DNA of 64,000 bases from Candidatus Omnitrophota bacterium. GTDB lineage: Bacteria > Omnitrophota > Gorgyraeia > Gygaellales > Profunditerraquicolaceae. The notes beneath the pieces were generated by a model. It worked only from the letters and a program-made list of their open reading frames with translations, did not search any database and was not told the DNA's origin. The stretch is from positions 1,707 to 65,706 of the forward strand of contig JAGOOP010000006.1 of assembly GCA_017992455.1 (NCBI GenBank), read 5' to 3'. This document shows, one piece after another, positions 9,413-18,936 of this stretch. A program made the position numbers and the translations under genes. How positions within the stretch are numbered: position 1 is the first letter of the stretch; each line of letters opens with the position of its first letter.

Positions 9413-10531
9413 TTATTTCTCCGGCGCGCTGGCCGCAGGTTTTGTCTTAAGCGTTGCGACGGTCTTGACGACGCGGAATCCCACCACCTGCCGGCTCAAA
9501 TAATCGAAACTGCGGAACCGGTTGTTATAGACTTCGGGATGGATCACCGCATCCATGACGAACGGCATGCCCATGCCTTTGCGATAGCCCGGATCGAGGA
9601 GAAAACTGCCTCCCCTGATCACCCGCGCAGCCCGGAACGACTTGAACACCGGCAGATTGAAAAAAAGTGTCTGCCCCGCGCCCACCGGATCCGTCAGTTT
9701 GGTTCCGCCCGAATAGAAATCGTTATACCAGTCATTGCACCATTCTGCGACATTGCCGGCCATATCGCAAATGCCCAGCTTGCTGTCGCCTTTGGGCGAA
9801 TACGAGCCCGCGGCGGTCGTATCCACGTCAACGGGGTCCTTGACCGTATGCCCCATGTTCGCGAACGAATCATCACCGGGTTCATTGCCCCACGGGAACG
9901 CGCGTCCGTCGTCAAAGCACGCGGCATATTCCCATTCCGCTTCGGTCGGAAGCCGGTAGCCGGTCTTGCCGTACACCTGGCACGACCAGTCATCGAGGTT
10001 ATATAAGGTCGGGAACCCTTCCATTTCGCCGAGCATATTGCAGAAGAACGCGGCGCCGTACCAGGACACTTCGACCACGGGAAAATCCTCCTTGCCCGGA
10101 TGCGGCTTGAATTTTCCGTCAACGAACGCGATCTGCGAATGCTCGTCGAAAACATCCTGGTATTTCTGCGGCGAACGGGACACGCCGCGGGCTTCCCTCT
10201 TTTTCGCGTCCTCGGCCAATGCCGCCTTGTCGAGGTATCCTTTGGACAGGGCGAAATTCAGCACATCGGCGTACTGCTGATTGGAAACTTCGTATTTTCC
10301 GATGTAGAAATCATCGGTCAATGTTACCTCGTGCATTGGCTTGGCGTTGGCGAATTCATCAGAGCCCATCATGAACGTGCCGGCAGGGACCTTGACCATC
10401 TGGGATATCACGACCTGCGCAGGCGCCTCAGCCCCCTGCTGTCCCTGCTGCGAGAACGCCTGCCGCGATGCAGTCCACGTACCCGCGCCGATCGCCGCCG
10501 CCGCGCACACCCATATTCCCAATCGTCTCAT
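9413..10531 (-). CDS. Formylglycine-generating-enzyme (FGE-sulfatase/SUMF1) family protein, secreted
   Basis: 372 aa with a signal peptide. Motifs MVKVPAGTFMMGS, YRLPTEAEWEYAA, GNVAEWCNDWY and RVIRGGSF. Confidence 0.9.
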   Translation of the reverse strand: MRRLGIWVCAAAAIGAGTWTASRQAFSQQGQQGAEAPAQVVISQMVKVPAGTFMMGSDEFANAKPMHEVTLTDDFYIGKYEVSNQQYADVLNFALSKGYLDKAALAEDAKKREARGVSRSPQKYQDVFDEHSQIAFVDGKFKPHPGKEDFPVVEVSWYGAAFFCNMLGEMEGFPTLYNLDDWSCQVYGKTGYRLPTEAEWEYAACFDDGRAFPWGNEPGDDSFANMGHTVKDPVDVDTTAAGSYSPKGDSKLGICDMAGNVAEWCNDWYNDFYSGGTKLTDPVGAGQTLFFNLPVFKSFRAARVIRGGSFLLDPGYRKGMGMPFVMDAVIHPEVYNNRFRSFDYLSRQVVGFRVVKTVATLKTKPAASAPEK

Positions 10532-10588
10532 TTCCCCTCCTTAACTAAAACCATTACAAGTAGTAACGATTATGATCTATCAGAACAG

Positions 10589-10713
10589 GATGAAAGGTCT
10601 GGTGTAGTGTCAGATGCGAGTTCCCGCACAAGCGGGATACTGACGTAATACCTATTTAACGTCAGGTATGCAGTTCCTGTTTGAGCAGATGACACTACAC
10701 CAGGCCTTTCATC
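10589..10713. repeat. 125-bp structured intergenic element with 29-bp terminal inverted repeats
   Basis: 10589-10617 (gatgaaaggtctggtgtagtgtcagatgc) pairs with 10685-10713, with 3 non-identities of which one is a G-U pair. Inner hairpins are cccgc-acaa-gcggg and atactgacgt...acgtcaggtat. It lies between the two FGE paralogs, 6 nt after the stop at 10720. Confidence 0.6.
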
Positions 10714-10719
10714 ATATAC

Positions 10720-12342
10720 TCAAAATCCTAATCGGCACCCGCTGTTTTTGCCGTCTTCGCTCTTGGGGAAATTCGCCGCGAATCTGAGCGCGATCCGCAG
10801 ATATTTGGGTTCGGGGCTGGACCAGACGCCGCCGCGGTTGCCTGCGCCTGCGCCGTCCTTGCCGGGCCAGTTCGCCGCATTGCTGTAACCGTCCGCATCG
10901 AGCTCGCCGTCGCCGTGTCTGGCGTCGAACGCGCGGCCGAGCTCATGGCCGATGGTAACGCACCGCTCCCACACGTTACCCGATAAATTCCGGACGCCGT
11001 AATACGAAGCGCCGTCGTTGATCCGTTCGGGGACACCTTCCACGCGAAGGTTCTCGAAGACCTCGCCCGATACAGGCCCCTCGAAACCGGGATTATCCGG
11101 CTTCTCTTTCTTGCCCACGTCGAACGGAGCGATACCGCCACCGAAACACGCGTTCACAACGCCTTTCTGCGGGACCTTCTTTTCATATCCCGAACCGTCG
11201 GCGCCGTCGAACGTTTCGACACGGCCGATGTTCGCGGTATCGTCCATGGACACGCCCCAGGCAAGCTCGTTGAGAAGAGCCTCTCCGGGGCCGCGGCAGG
11301 CCTTTTCATATTCCAGTTCGGTGATCGGCCGCAATCCTGACCAATCGCCGATCGAGGCGATATTCGACCAGGACATGAAATTCACCGTGCGCGCCGGGGC
11401 ATACGTATAGAATCTCACCGGTTCGGCGGTCCTGTTGCCTTTTTTCGCCGCGACAATGGCGTTGCGCAGATGTTCTTCCTCGCTGTTGGTCTTGACATAA
11501 TAGTTTTTGATCTCATCGCCGGAGATATCGGCTTCCACCATGCTCTGCTGCTGTTTTCTCGTCAGCGTGTTGAGGAAATCGCAGAATTGCTGGGAAGTCA
11601 ACTCGTATTTCATGATCCAGAAGGGCCGGAACCCTTTGGGAAACGCCTTCGGGATCGTGAACGGAGTATCATCCCTGCTGCGGGGATTGTCCTGGTCGCA
11701 GAACAAAGCGCCGTCCTGCTTGTCGACCAGGATCGGCTCTTCGGAACCGATCAGGTATGCGCCGTTGTTCGGATATACATACAACGCATTATCCGGGCCG
11801 TCAGGTCCTTTGGGATCGCCCACATAATGCTTATCCTTAGGTATATAGACCATTTCATAGCCGAACACCCTGACCGGCGCCTTCATGACCTGCTCGGGCG
11901 TCAGGCCGTCCTTGACATAATCCCACACGAACCTGACGTTCTTTGCCGCAACACTGCCCGATCCTTTGAGCCTGAAAAGGAAAAAACCCTTTTTCCCGTC
12001 GGGAACCAGCATGCCGGCGTTCGGGTCGTCGCCGCGCGAAAAACGGTTCGGCGCGCAGTCCGCATAGGTGTACTGCGAGCCGCTTGCGGATTTGAGCGTC
12101 ACGTGGCGCCAGGTGCCTTCAGGCGACAGAAATTTCGCAAAGACCCATACGCCGTCCGAATTGACATCGTTCTTCCACGCGTTGTCCCACGACACGTCGC
12201 ACTGGATCACCGCCGCCTTGCGTTCAATATTGACCTCGGAGACAAGCGCTTTGTCGATCTTCAAATGGCTTGCGAAAACCGGACTGCCCGCAAACACCGC
12301 AGCAGCCATGGCGAACACACAATGCAGGACCCTCATCTTCAT
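10720..12342 (-). CDS. FGE-sulfatase domain protein with N-terminal extension, secreted
   Basis: 540 aa with a signal peptide. Motifs FWIMKYELTSQQF, ITELEYEKACRG, GNVWERC and NRGGVW. Has a ~230-aa N-terminal beta-rich domain. Confidence 0.85.
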   Translation of the reverse strand: MKMRVLHCVFAMAAAVFAGSPVFASHLKIDKALVSEVNIERKAAVIQCDVSWDNAWKNDVNSDGVWVFAKFLSPEGTWRHVTLKSASGSQYTYADCAPNRFSRGDDPNAGMLVPDGKKGFFLFRLKGSGSVAAKNVRFVWDYVKDGLTPEQVMKAPVRVFGYEMVYIPKDKHYVGDPKGPDGPDNALYVYPNNGAYLIGSEEPILVDKQDGALFCDQDNPRSRDDTPFTIPKAFPKGFRPFWIMKYELTSQQFCDFLNTLTRKQQQSMVEADISGDEIKNYYVKTNSEEEHLRNAIVAAKKGNRTAEPVRFYTYAPARTVNFMSWSNIASIGDWSGLRPITELEYEKACRGPGEALLNELAWGVSMDDTANIGRVETFDGADGSGYEKKVPQKGVVNACFGGGIAPFDVGKKEKPDNPGFEGPVSGEVFENLRVEGVPERINDGASYYGVRNLSGNVWERCVTIGHELGRAFDARHGDGELDADGYSNAANWPGKDGAGAGNRGGVWSSPEPKYLRIALRFAANFPKSEDGKNSGCRLGF

Positions 12343-12358
12343 AAAACCTCCCCGTATA

Positions 12359-13783
12359 TTAATGTCCCGGCACTTTTGCCGTCCGGTACTGCTCGAACCC
12401 GCCTGAGCGCGCGACCTGTAATGCGCTCACCAGCGCCCACATTGTCGCGCAGGACAATCCGACTGCAAGAAAATTGAACTGTGAACGGAACACATCCACG
12501 CCCGGAAATGCGGATGCCGCTTTTAAAATGACCGGCGATAAGAACTGGCCCAGGTATATGCCGCAGCTCACAATGGCCATGGATAATGCCCTGCCCTGCT
12601 CCGGAGTGATGCGCGCGACGCGAAGAAGCAGGATCGGCATGAGAATGCCTGAACTGAACCCGATGAACAACATTGCTATGAGCACGCCGGCAAGGGAATA
12701 TGTCCGGCCGAGCAGCGCATACCCCAGGGCCATGGACGCGATCCCCAGCGCCGTGCAATACGGACCGAATATATGCAGCAACGCGGCCAGAATTATCCCG
12801 GATACAACTCCCACCATGGTCATGGTCGAAAGGTAAAAGCCCGCGATGCCGGGCCGTCCGATACGCTCCGAAGATACGACGAGGCGGTCGGTTTCTCTGG
12901 TCACGACAAAACGCCGGGACCGGTCTTTAATGATCCATGCTTTTCCCGGCTCTTTAACGGAGAAAGAGGCTTTCGGCGACAGCGCGATGCCGTTATCCTT
13001 GAACGCTGCGCGCACTGAATCGGACAGGGTCCCGGTGCGCAAATGCGATTCCAGCTCCGCTTTGTCCTTGAAAAGCGGGGTCACGCTCGTGTACATCTGC
13101 TGCTGGTTCTCGATGAACATGGCAAGATTCGTGGGCGCGGCGTAAAAAGCGACCATCATGAGCGCTCCGATAACGGCGCACCAGTATATCTGCCACGGCA
13201 GGCTTACCTTGGCGCCGCCTGCCGCTTTTTTCACCGGCGGTTCAGGCAGCCAGAAAAAAACCGTCACCATGATCAGCGCTGAAAGGCCGTACACCCCGAA
13301 CGCATACCGCCACGACATGCACGCAAGCCAGCCGGACAACAAAAGGAATAAAACTCCTCCGAAATGAGAAACCGAACCGGACAGCCCCATCATTTTTGCC
13401 CGCTCCTGTTTCTCATAAAAATCGGCGATGAGACTGATGGAAAGCGGGATGATAAGCCCCACGCCGATCCCGAATATGCCCCGGATAACGAGCAATTGCG
13501 CGATCGTGCGCGCAAAGCCGCCTCCGACGCCGGCGAGGAAATAGATCACCAGGCCGATAAGCAGGATCGTCTTTTTGGGCATGCGCGACGCGAGCCATCC
13601 GCCGAGCAGGCTGAACGGAATGATCAATAAAGACGGCAAAGTCAGGACCAGCTTGATGAGCGTGATGTCCGTGCCGGGAAATGCCTGGCGGATCTTTGCC
13701 AGAGCCGGCGAGATCGCAGCCGACGCCATGACCGTAAGCAGGGAGATCGACAGGATGCTTATCCTGACCAATAACGTGTTCAT
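12359..13783 (-). CDS. MFS transporter with ~90-aa insertion in the central loop
   Basis: Start moved to ATG 13783 (MNTLLVRISILS...). Support is SD aaggggg and an ATGA overlap with the upstream stop. About 12 TM segments. The ORF-track start at 13906 adds an Arg-rich non-membrane extension. Confidence 0.85.
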   Translation of the reverse strand: MNTLLVRISILSISLLTVMASAAISPALAKIRQAFPGTDITLIKLVLTLPSLLIIPFSLLGGWLASRMPKKTILLIGLVIYFLAGVGGGFARTIAQLLVIRGIFGIGVGLIIPLSISLIADFYEKQERAKMMGLSGSVSHFGGVLFLLLSGWLACMSWRYAFGVYGLSALIMVTVFFWLPEPPVKKAAGGAKVSLPWQIYWCAVIGALMMVAFYAAPTNLAMFIENQQQMYTSVTPLFKDKAELESHLRTGTLSDSVRAAFKDNGIALSPKASFSVKEPGKAWIIKDRSRRFVVTRETDRLVVSSERIGRPGIAGFYLSTMTMVGVVSGIILAALLHIFGPYCTALGIASMALGYALLGRTYSLAGVLIAMLFIGFSSGILMPILLLRVARITPEQGRALSMAIVSCGIYLGQFLSPVILKAASAFPGVDVFRSQFNFLAVGLSCATMWALVSALQVARSGGFEQYRTAKVPGH

Positions 13784-14394
13784 GTATTGCCCCCTTTCAG
13801 AAGCGTCAGCAGAGCGCTGCCGAACTCCCCTGCGGCAGCGGGGCCGTTGGCGGTCACGATATTCCCGTATATCTCGACGGGGTTGGCCGTATAATGCACC
13901 CCGCACGCCTTAAAATTCTCTGCTTCGGAAGGATATACGGTCGCCCGCTTGTATTTCAGCACGCCTGCTCTGGCAAGGATCATCGGAGCCAGGCAGATCG
14001 CGCCGATCACCTTTTTGGCAACGAACGCATCATAAATAAGCTTATGGGCGACCGGATCGTCGATATACTGGACCGAACCGGAACCGCCGATGAATACGAC
14101 GGCATCGAAATCAGCCGCCCTGACATCTTTGAGCAGCATATGCGGCTTGACGATCAGGCCGTTCATGCCGGAGACCTGCTTGAGCGTGGTCGAGGCTACG
14201 GTGACCCCGACGCCGCTGTTCTTGAGCATGCGCAGCGGCTTGGCCAGTTCATCGTCCTGAAAATCCTTTGCGGCGATGACGAATACCGCTTTTGCTTCAG
14301 GGCCTGCGGCGAACGCGCGGCCAATACCGCCCGATATCACAGCAGACAACACTGCGGCTGCGGCAGCAATAAAGAATATTTTTTTCATTATCAC
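13780..14394 (-). CDS. DJ-1/PfpI family protein, exported
   Basis: 204 aa with signal peptide MIMKKIFFIAAAAAVLSAVISGG. Nucleophile elbow GAICLAP. Confidence 0.85.
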   Translation of the reverse strand: MIMKKIFFIAAAAAVLSAVISGGIGRAFAAGPEAKAVFVIAAKDFQDDELAKPLRMLKNSGVGVTVASTTLKQVSGMNGLIVKPHMLLKDVRAADFDAVVFIGGSGSVQYIDDPVAHKLIYDAFVAKKVIGAICLAPMILARAGVLKYKRATVYPSEAENFKACGVHYTANPVEIYGNIVTANGPAAAGEFGSALLTLLKGGNT

Positions 14395-14399
14395 GCTCC

Positions 14400-16382
14400 T
14401 TATACGATCGTGCGCACCGGCCTGAACGGATACCGGCCTTCTTTTTTGCCGGCATAATATCCGTCATATCCGAACTGGAAATTCACGCCCCAGCCGAACG
14501 TATCGCCGTATGTCGACGACGACCAGTAAAAGCCCAGCGGCGCGGTCTTTGTCCCGGGGAAGAATTGTTTATGGAACCAGCAGCCGTCCTTGAACGAAAG
14601 GTCCAGGAGCGAACCGATCTCGCGGATCGTCGGCACACGCCAGTCTGTATGGCCGCCCAGATCCATCTCTTGGCAGAACTTCATTGCCTCTTCCCAGTTC
14701 AATTCAGGGCCTTCGTCCTTCTTCCACATCAGATTTGAATTCAGGTCCGTCACCGTGCCGTCATTGTTATCCCTGAAGGCATACGCATTGATATCGCCGA
14801 ATCCCCTGCTGTAACCGCCGCGCACTGCGCGCACCGGATAATACGATGTCTTCAGGTAACAGATCGCGCAGCCGTATGCGAAATACACGCCCCAGCCGAA
14901 TATCGGATCTTTCACATTGGGATCCTTTGACCAGTAGAACGCAGGGAGGCAGTCGGAAAAGAACTTCGCGTCCGTCGCAGGGATCTGGCCGTTGTAATCC
15001 ACGATCATGCGCAGTTCTTCGCGCGACGGAAGCCGCCAGTCGCGAAAACCGCCGAAGCCTTTCCGGTTCAATTCTTTGACATAGACGAATGCGTCTTCCC
15101 ATGTGTAGCAGCTGCCCGCGAAATTTACGTCGATTGCATCCGGGGATTTCACTTCCCAGATCAGCCCCGTGTTGTTATCTTTGGTCATGCGCCAGCCTTT
15201 TTCCCACGAGGCCTTATCCGAAAGCGGCTGACCATCCATACCCAGCTTGCTGAACGAGAGCGGATGGATCGCATACGAACCATCCTGGCCGTAATACCGC
15301 TCTTGCTTTTTCGGGGCCTTGATGATATCGCCGTTTTCCGTATAATTCCTCTTCTGTCCCGAATCAGGGAACTTGAACGCCGGTTTTTCGACAGCAGCGG
15401 CCTTATTGACATTCCGCACTGCGCGGAACAAAAGCGCGGCGTTCTTCGACGCATAATAACCGTCATAACCGAAACAAAAGTTCGTCACCCATACGTAAAT
15501 ACCTTCATACGGCGTTGACGAAAAATAGTGCAGAAGCGGCGGCTTTAATCCGTCAGCCGGGAAGAAATCCTTGTAATACCACCAGCCGTTCGTGTGATCG
15601 AGATTCAATATTGTGTTCAATTCTTTCAGATTCGGCATGCGCCAGTCATCATGGCCGGCAAGGCGCATTTCCCTGCAGACTTTCATCGCAGAATACCAGT
15701 CCATACGCTCGTTCTCGCCCTTCTGCCACATCAGGCCGGTAATGGAATCGGTGATGGTGCCGTCGCCGTTATCTTTGAATCGAGTTGGATCGGCAACGCC
15801 GTATGTGCGATTCGCTCCTGCCCTGACCGCGCGCACGAACCGCTCGCTCGAAGGCGTATAGCAGATACCGCTGCCCAGGCCGAAGAACAGGCCCCAGATG
15901 AACGGCTTTTGCATATTATAAGGATTGGCTGTCCAGTAGAGGTCGCTCTGCGTATTGGGGAAATAATCCGGATCCACTGCGGGATTCGTGCGTCCGTAAT
16001 CGAGGATCGTGCGCAATTCGTCCTTATTGGGCATGCGCCAGTCTGAGAAACCGCCGTATTTCGCCTTGTTCAATTTCTTGATATAGCCATCGCAGGCCTT
16101 TTTCCAGGAATAATGGTCCCCGGTATAATTAACATCGCCTTTTTTCGGGGATTTGACCTCCCAGACAAGGCCGGTGTTGTTATCGAGCACCGCGCGGAAC
16201 CCGTCTTTCCACTGCGCCGCCGCATCCAGCTTCTTGCCGGTCTTGCCGAGCTTCGTGAACGACATGGGATTGACGACAAAACACCCGTTCTGCCCCCACA
16301 ATTCATCCCCGGGCTTCACATCTATTTCCAGCCCCTGCTTATCATAGCATTTGATATTGCCCGCATCCGGCATCCTGAACAT
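14400..16382 (-). CDS. DUF1566 (Lcl C-terminal domain) repeat protein, four domains
   Basis: 660 aa with no signal peptide. Four repeats carry DWRMP/DWRLP/DWRVP..EL..I(L/V) and end in RAVR/RPVR. They form two super-repeats, each starting near (W/Y)GQ(N/D)G. Confidence 0.85.
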   Translation of the reverse strand: MFRMPDAGNIKCYDKQGLEIDVKPGDELWGQNGCFVVNPMSFTKLGKTGKKLDAAAQWKDGFRAVLDNNTGLVWEVKSPKKGDVNYTGDHYSWKKACDGYIKKLNKAKYGGFSDWRMPNKDELRTILDYGRTNPAVDPDYFPNTQSDLYWTANPYNMQKPFIWGLFFGLGSGICYTPSSERFVRAVRAGANRTYGVADPTRFKDNGDGTITDSITGLMWQKGENERMDWYSAMKVCREMRLAGHDDWRMPNLKELNTILNLDHTNGWWYYKDFFPADGLKPPLLHYFSSTPYEGIYVWVTNFCFGYDGYYASKNAALLFRAVRNVNKAAAVEKPAFKFPDSGQKRNYTENGDIIKAPKKQERYYGQDGSYAIHPLSFSKLGMDGQPLSDKASWEKGWRMTKDNNTGLIWEVKSPDAIDVNFAGSCYTWEDAFVYVKELNRKGFGGFRDWRLPSREELRMIVDYNGQIPATDAKFFSDCLPAFYWSKDPNVKDPIFGWGVYFAYGCAICYLKTSYYPVRAVRGGYSRGFGDINAYAFRDNNDGTVTDLNSNLMWKKDEGPELNWEEAMKFCQEMDLGGHTDWRVPTIREIGSLLDLSFKDGCWFHKQFFPGTKTAPLGFYWSSSTYGDTFGWGVNFQFGYDGYYAGKKEGRYPFRPVRTIV

Positions 16383-16398
16383 ACACCCCTCCTGAAAT

Positions 16399-16434
16399 CT
16401 TAGGGACGGTTCTCAAAACTTAGGGACGGTTCTC
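16399..16434 (+). repeat. REP-A, two tandem direct copies (cttaGGGACGGTTCTC)
   Basis: cttagggacggttctc at 16399-16414 and again at 16419-16434, between the VOC stop and the DUF1566 start. Confidence 0.85.
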
Positions 16435-16435
16435 A

Positions 16436-16831
16436 TTATTTCCCCATTATCTCGATCAATATCCCGTCCGGATCCTTGATGAAAAAATAGCTTCTGCCGT
16501 CAACAAAACTGCGCAGATCGGCCGCGAATTTGACGCGCGCTTTCTTGAATTTATTATATGCGGCTGTAATATTGTTTGTCTCGAAAGAAAAATGTTTGAC
16601 GCCAAGGGTGCGAAGATCATTATCCAGAGTCTTTCTGTACTGCGGCAGCGGTCTGCGCTTCTTGAATTCGAACAGCTCTAATGTGATATTGCCGCGCTTG
16701 AGCAGCGCGATCGTCATGCCTTTATCTCTAAAGCTGTACCGCGCAGTCTGCCGCACGCCGAAGAACTTCCGGTAGAAAGCTATCGAACGCTGAAGGTTCC
16801 CGACGCTTATTGCGATATGCCCTAAAAACAT
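16436..16831 (-). CDS. VOC family protein (glyoxalase/bleomycin-resistance/dioxygenase fold)
   Basis: FLGHIAISVGNLQRSIAFYRKFFG ... YFFIKDPDGILIEI. Start set at ATG 16831. The ORF-track ATG at 16846 lies inside the REP hairpin arm, so the start is uncertain by 5 codons. Confidence 0.8.
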   Translation of the reverse strand: MFLGHIAISVGNLQRSIAFYRKFFGVRQTARYSFRDKGMTIALLKRGNITLELFEFKKRRPLPQYRKTLDNDLRTLGVKHFSFETNNITAAYNKFKKARVKFAADLRSFVDGRSYFFIKDPDGILIEIMGK

Positions 16832-16890
16832 GGGGACGGTTCTCATTTTTTCAGGGATCTGTTCTCAGAGAAAAAATGAGAACCGTCCCC
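16832..16890. repeat. REP-A inverted pair forming a 20-bp perfect hairpin (probable terminator)
   Basis: 16832-16851 (ggggacggttctcatttttt) is the reverse complement of 16871-16890. The 19-nt loop contains a degenerate third copy (gggatctgttctc). It sits between the TPP-enzyme stop (16897) and the VOC start. Confidence 0.85.
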
Positions 16891-16896
16891 AGTTTT

Positions 16897-18549
16897 TCAG
16901 ACTTTTCCTAATCCGAACGGCGGATACACTTCCGATTCGACCACAACGTCGATCAGCGCTGCCTTCCCGCAGGAAAGCGCATGCTTGAAAGCCGCGTCAA
17001 AATCCTCGAGTTTCTCAACATGCACGCCTGATGCCCTGCACGCCTCGGCATATTTGACGAAATCAGGGTTGGTGAATTGCATGAACGCCTGGTCGTTGAA
17101 CAGATTCAGCAGAAATTTCTTGATGACATTGAACTCGCCGTTATTGAAAATGACCCAGATGACCGGGATATTGTATTGTATCGCGGTCATCAGCTCGAAT
17201 CCCGCCATCTGATACGCGCCGTCCCCGCACCCGCAGATAACCGGCCGGCCCGGGTTCGCGCACTTTGCGCCGATCGCGCCGTTGACATGGCTTGCCATAG
17301 GGCCGAAACTTCCCGGGTTCTGATACACCTGATGTTTGGTCAGGTGCAGATAGCAGTTGAGCCAGAGCATATGCGAGCCGGCGTCGCCCATGACGATCGC
17401 GTTCTCGGGCATATTACGTGACATCGCCTTGACAAGGTCGGCCGGATGGATCTTGGTTCCGGGCGGCTGCACTGCCCGGTCATGCCACAGGTCCTTTTCG
17501 ACTTTCCTGACGGCGACCGAACTCACCCGCTTGGCCAGCGCCTGATGGAGCGCGATGATCGCAGGTTTTGCGTCGCTGTGCACCGGGCAATCGGCCTTGT
17601 ATACCTTGCCGATCTCATGCGGATCGATATTGATATGGATGAGGACCTTGTCCTTGAACAGGTCCGGCTTGAACCCGAAGCTCCAGTTCTGCGCGAATGA
17701 GTTGCCGATCGCGAGGATCACTTTGGAAGCGAGCAGATATTTATTCGCGCCGGGGTCGCCTGATGTGCCGAAGATGCCCGCGTACAACGGATGGTCTTCA
17801 GGGATCAGTCCTTTTGAATCCATCGTCGCGGTGAACGGTATCTGGAATTTTTCGGAGAACTCCTGCGCATCCTTTTCGCCGTGGCTTCTGATGACCCCGT
17901 ATCCGTACACCGCGCAGATCTGCTCGTTGTTCCGGATGGCCTGTGCCAGAGCATCCGCAGCGGCATCGATCTCGGACTGTTTCGGCAGGACCTTTTTGAT
18001 ATCGACCTTGATCTCGCGGAAATTCTTCACCGGCATGATCGTCACGTCTTTGGGCACGTGGACATGCACCGGCCCGGGCCGGCCTTCATAGGCGAGATTG
18101 ATCAATTCCTCAAGGATATCGCAGGTCGAATCAGGGTCTTCGATGATCCTGGATTTCTTTGTCGTCGCATTGAACATTGCGGGAGAATCAGGGGTGCGGG
18201 ATTTTCCGGTCGCCTCGTTCAGAGCGCCTTTGCCGCGGTCGCGCGCCGAGGTATACCCCGAGATCCCCAGAACAGGCAGGGAATCGGAATATGCGACCGC
18301 CAGGCCTGAGAACAAATTGAACTCGCCCGGGCCGCCGGTTGAAAAACACACGCCTAATTTATCGGAGAACATGGAATAACCGCATGCCATGAACGAAGCG
18401 GCCTGCTCATTGCGGATGATCACGGTTTTGACCTTCGTCGATTTTTTCAAAGCCAGCAGCATCGAGCCGTTGACCTGGCCTGATCCGCCGAACACATGGT
18501 CCACGCCCACGTGCTCGAGTGTTGCCACGATCGCCTCATTGACATCCAT
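16897..18549 (-). CDS. Thiamine-diphosphate-dependent enzyme, acetolactate-synthase-large-subunit-like
   Basis: 550 aa. N-terminal Pyr domain (GVDHVFGGSGQVNGSMLLAL). C-terminal TPP-binding motif GCGDGAYQMAGFELMTA...NNGEFN. SD AAGGAG. Confidence 0.9.
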   Translation of the reverse strand: MDVNEAIVATLEHVGVDHVFGGSGQVNGSMLLALKKSTKVKTVIIRNEQAASFMACGYSMFSDKLGVCFSTGGPGEFNLFSGLAVAYSDSLPVLGISGYTSARDRGKGALNEATGKSRTPDSPAMFNATTKKSRIIEDPDSTCDILEELINLAYEGRPGPVHVHVPKDVTIMPVKNFREIKVDIKKVLPKQSEIDAAADALAQAIRNNEQICAVYGYGVIRSHGEKDAQEFSEKFQIPFTATMDSKGLIPEDHPLYAGIFGTSGDPGANKYLLASKVILAIGNSFAQNWSFGFKPDLFKDKVLIHINIDPHEIGKVYKADCPVHSDAKPAIIALHQALAKRVSSVAVRKVEKDLWHDRAVQPPGTKIHPADLVKAMSRNMPENAIVMGDAGSHMLWLNCYLHLTKHQVYQNPGSFGPMASHVNGAIGAKCANPGRPVICGCGDGAYQMAGFELMTAIQYNIPVIWVIFNNGEFNVIKKFLLNLFNDQAFMQFTNPDFVKYAEACRASGVHVEKLEDFDAAFKHALSCGKAALIDVVVESEVYPPFGLGKV

Positions 18550-18563
18550 AGTCGACTCCTTTA

Positions 18564-18633
18564 AAAAAAGGGGGACGCTTCCCGTTTTCCCGGGACGCTT
18601 CCGCGTTGAAAACGGGAAGCGTCCCCCTTTTTT
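18564..18633 (-). terminator. REP-B inverted pair forming a 25-bp perfect hairpin terminator
   Basis: 18564-18588 (aaaaaagggggacgcttcccgtttt) is the reverse complement of 18609-18633. The loop holds a third partial copy (gggacgcttcc). T/A runs flank it, and it abuts the stop codon at 18632. Confidence 0.8.
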
Positions 18634-18850
18634 ATTTCTGGTTGAACTTGCCGACAGCCAGTTTCGGGGGATTTTCAGAGAACAGCACGCCGTTGGATGC
18701 CGCGTTATCGAGCGTGTAGCCGTTGAAAAAAAGATAAATGCGGTCCTTGGGCACTTTCGATATTTCTGAGAATATCGTTATATATTTATCGGCGAGGACC
18801 TTCTTCTGCTCGTCGGTAAGTTCCAGGGAATGGATGATGATCGCGGGCAT
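18632..18850 (-). CDS. 4-oxalocrotonate-tautomerase-family-like small protein
   Basis: 72 aa starting MPAIIIHSLELTDEQKKVLADKYITIFSEI (Pro-1 after Met, beta-alpha-beta pattern). SD GGAGG. Confidence 0.6.
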   Translation of the reverse strand: MPAIIIHSLELTDEQKKVLADKYITIFSEISKVPKDRIYLFFNGYTLDNAASNGVLFSENPPKLAVGKFNQK

Positions 18851-18936
18851 ATGCGCCTCCGGAGTATATGATGCCGGGTGGACATGAAAATGCGGGCGGA
18901 CGCGCGCCTGCCGCGCGCCCGCCGCATGAACGCAGT

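Noticed and set aside
9413-16382. Diversity-generating retroelement targeting the FGE-sulfatase or DUF1566 C-termini
   Set aside because: There is no reverse-transcriptase ORF in the window. I could not find a template-repeat copy of any C-terminal segment. The C-terminal codons show no Asn/AAY-rich variable-repeat signature. A DGR elsewhere in the genome cannot be excluded without a search.
18892-18925. GC-rich imperfect hairpin between the DJ-1-like gene and the tautomerase gene as a terminator
   Set aside because: The arms need bulges to pair, and only a short AUUUUC follows. The signal is too weak to list as a feature.
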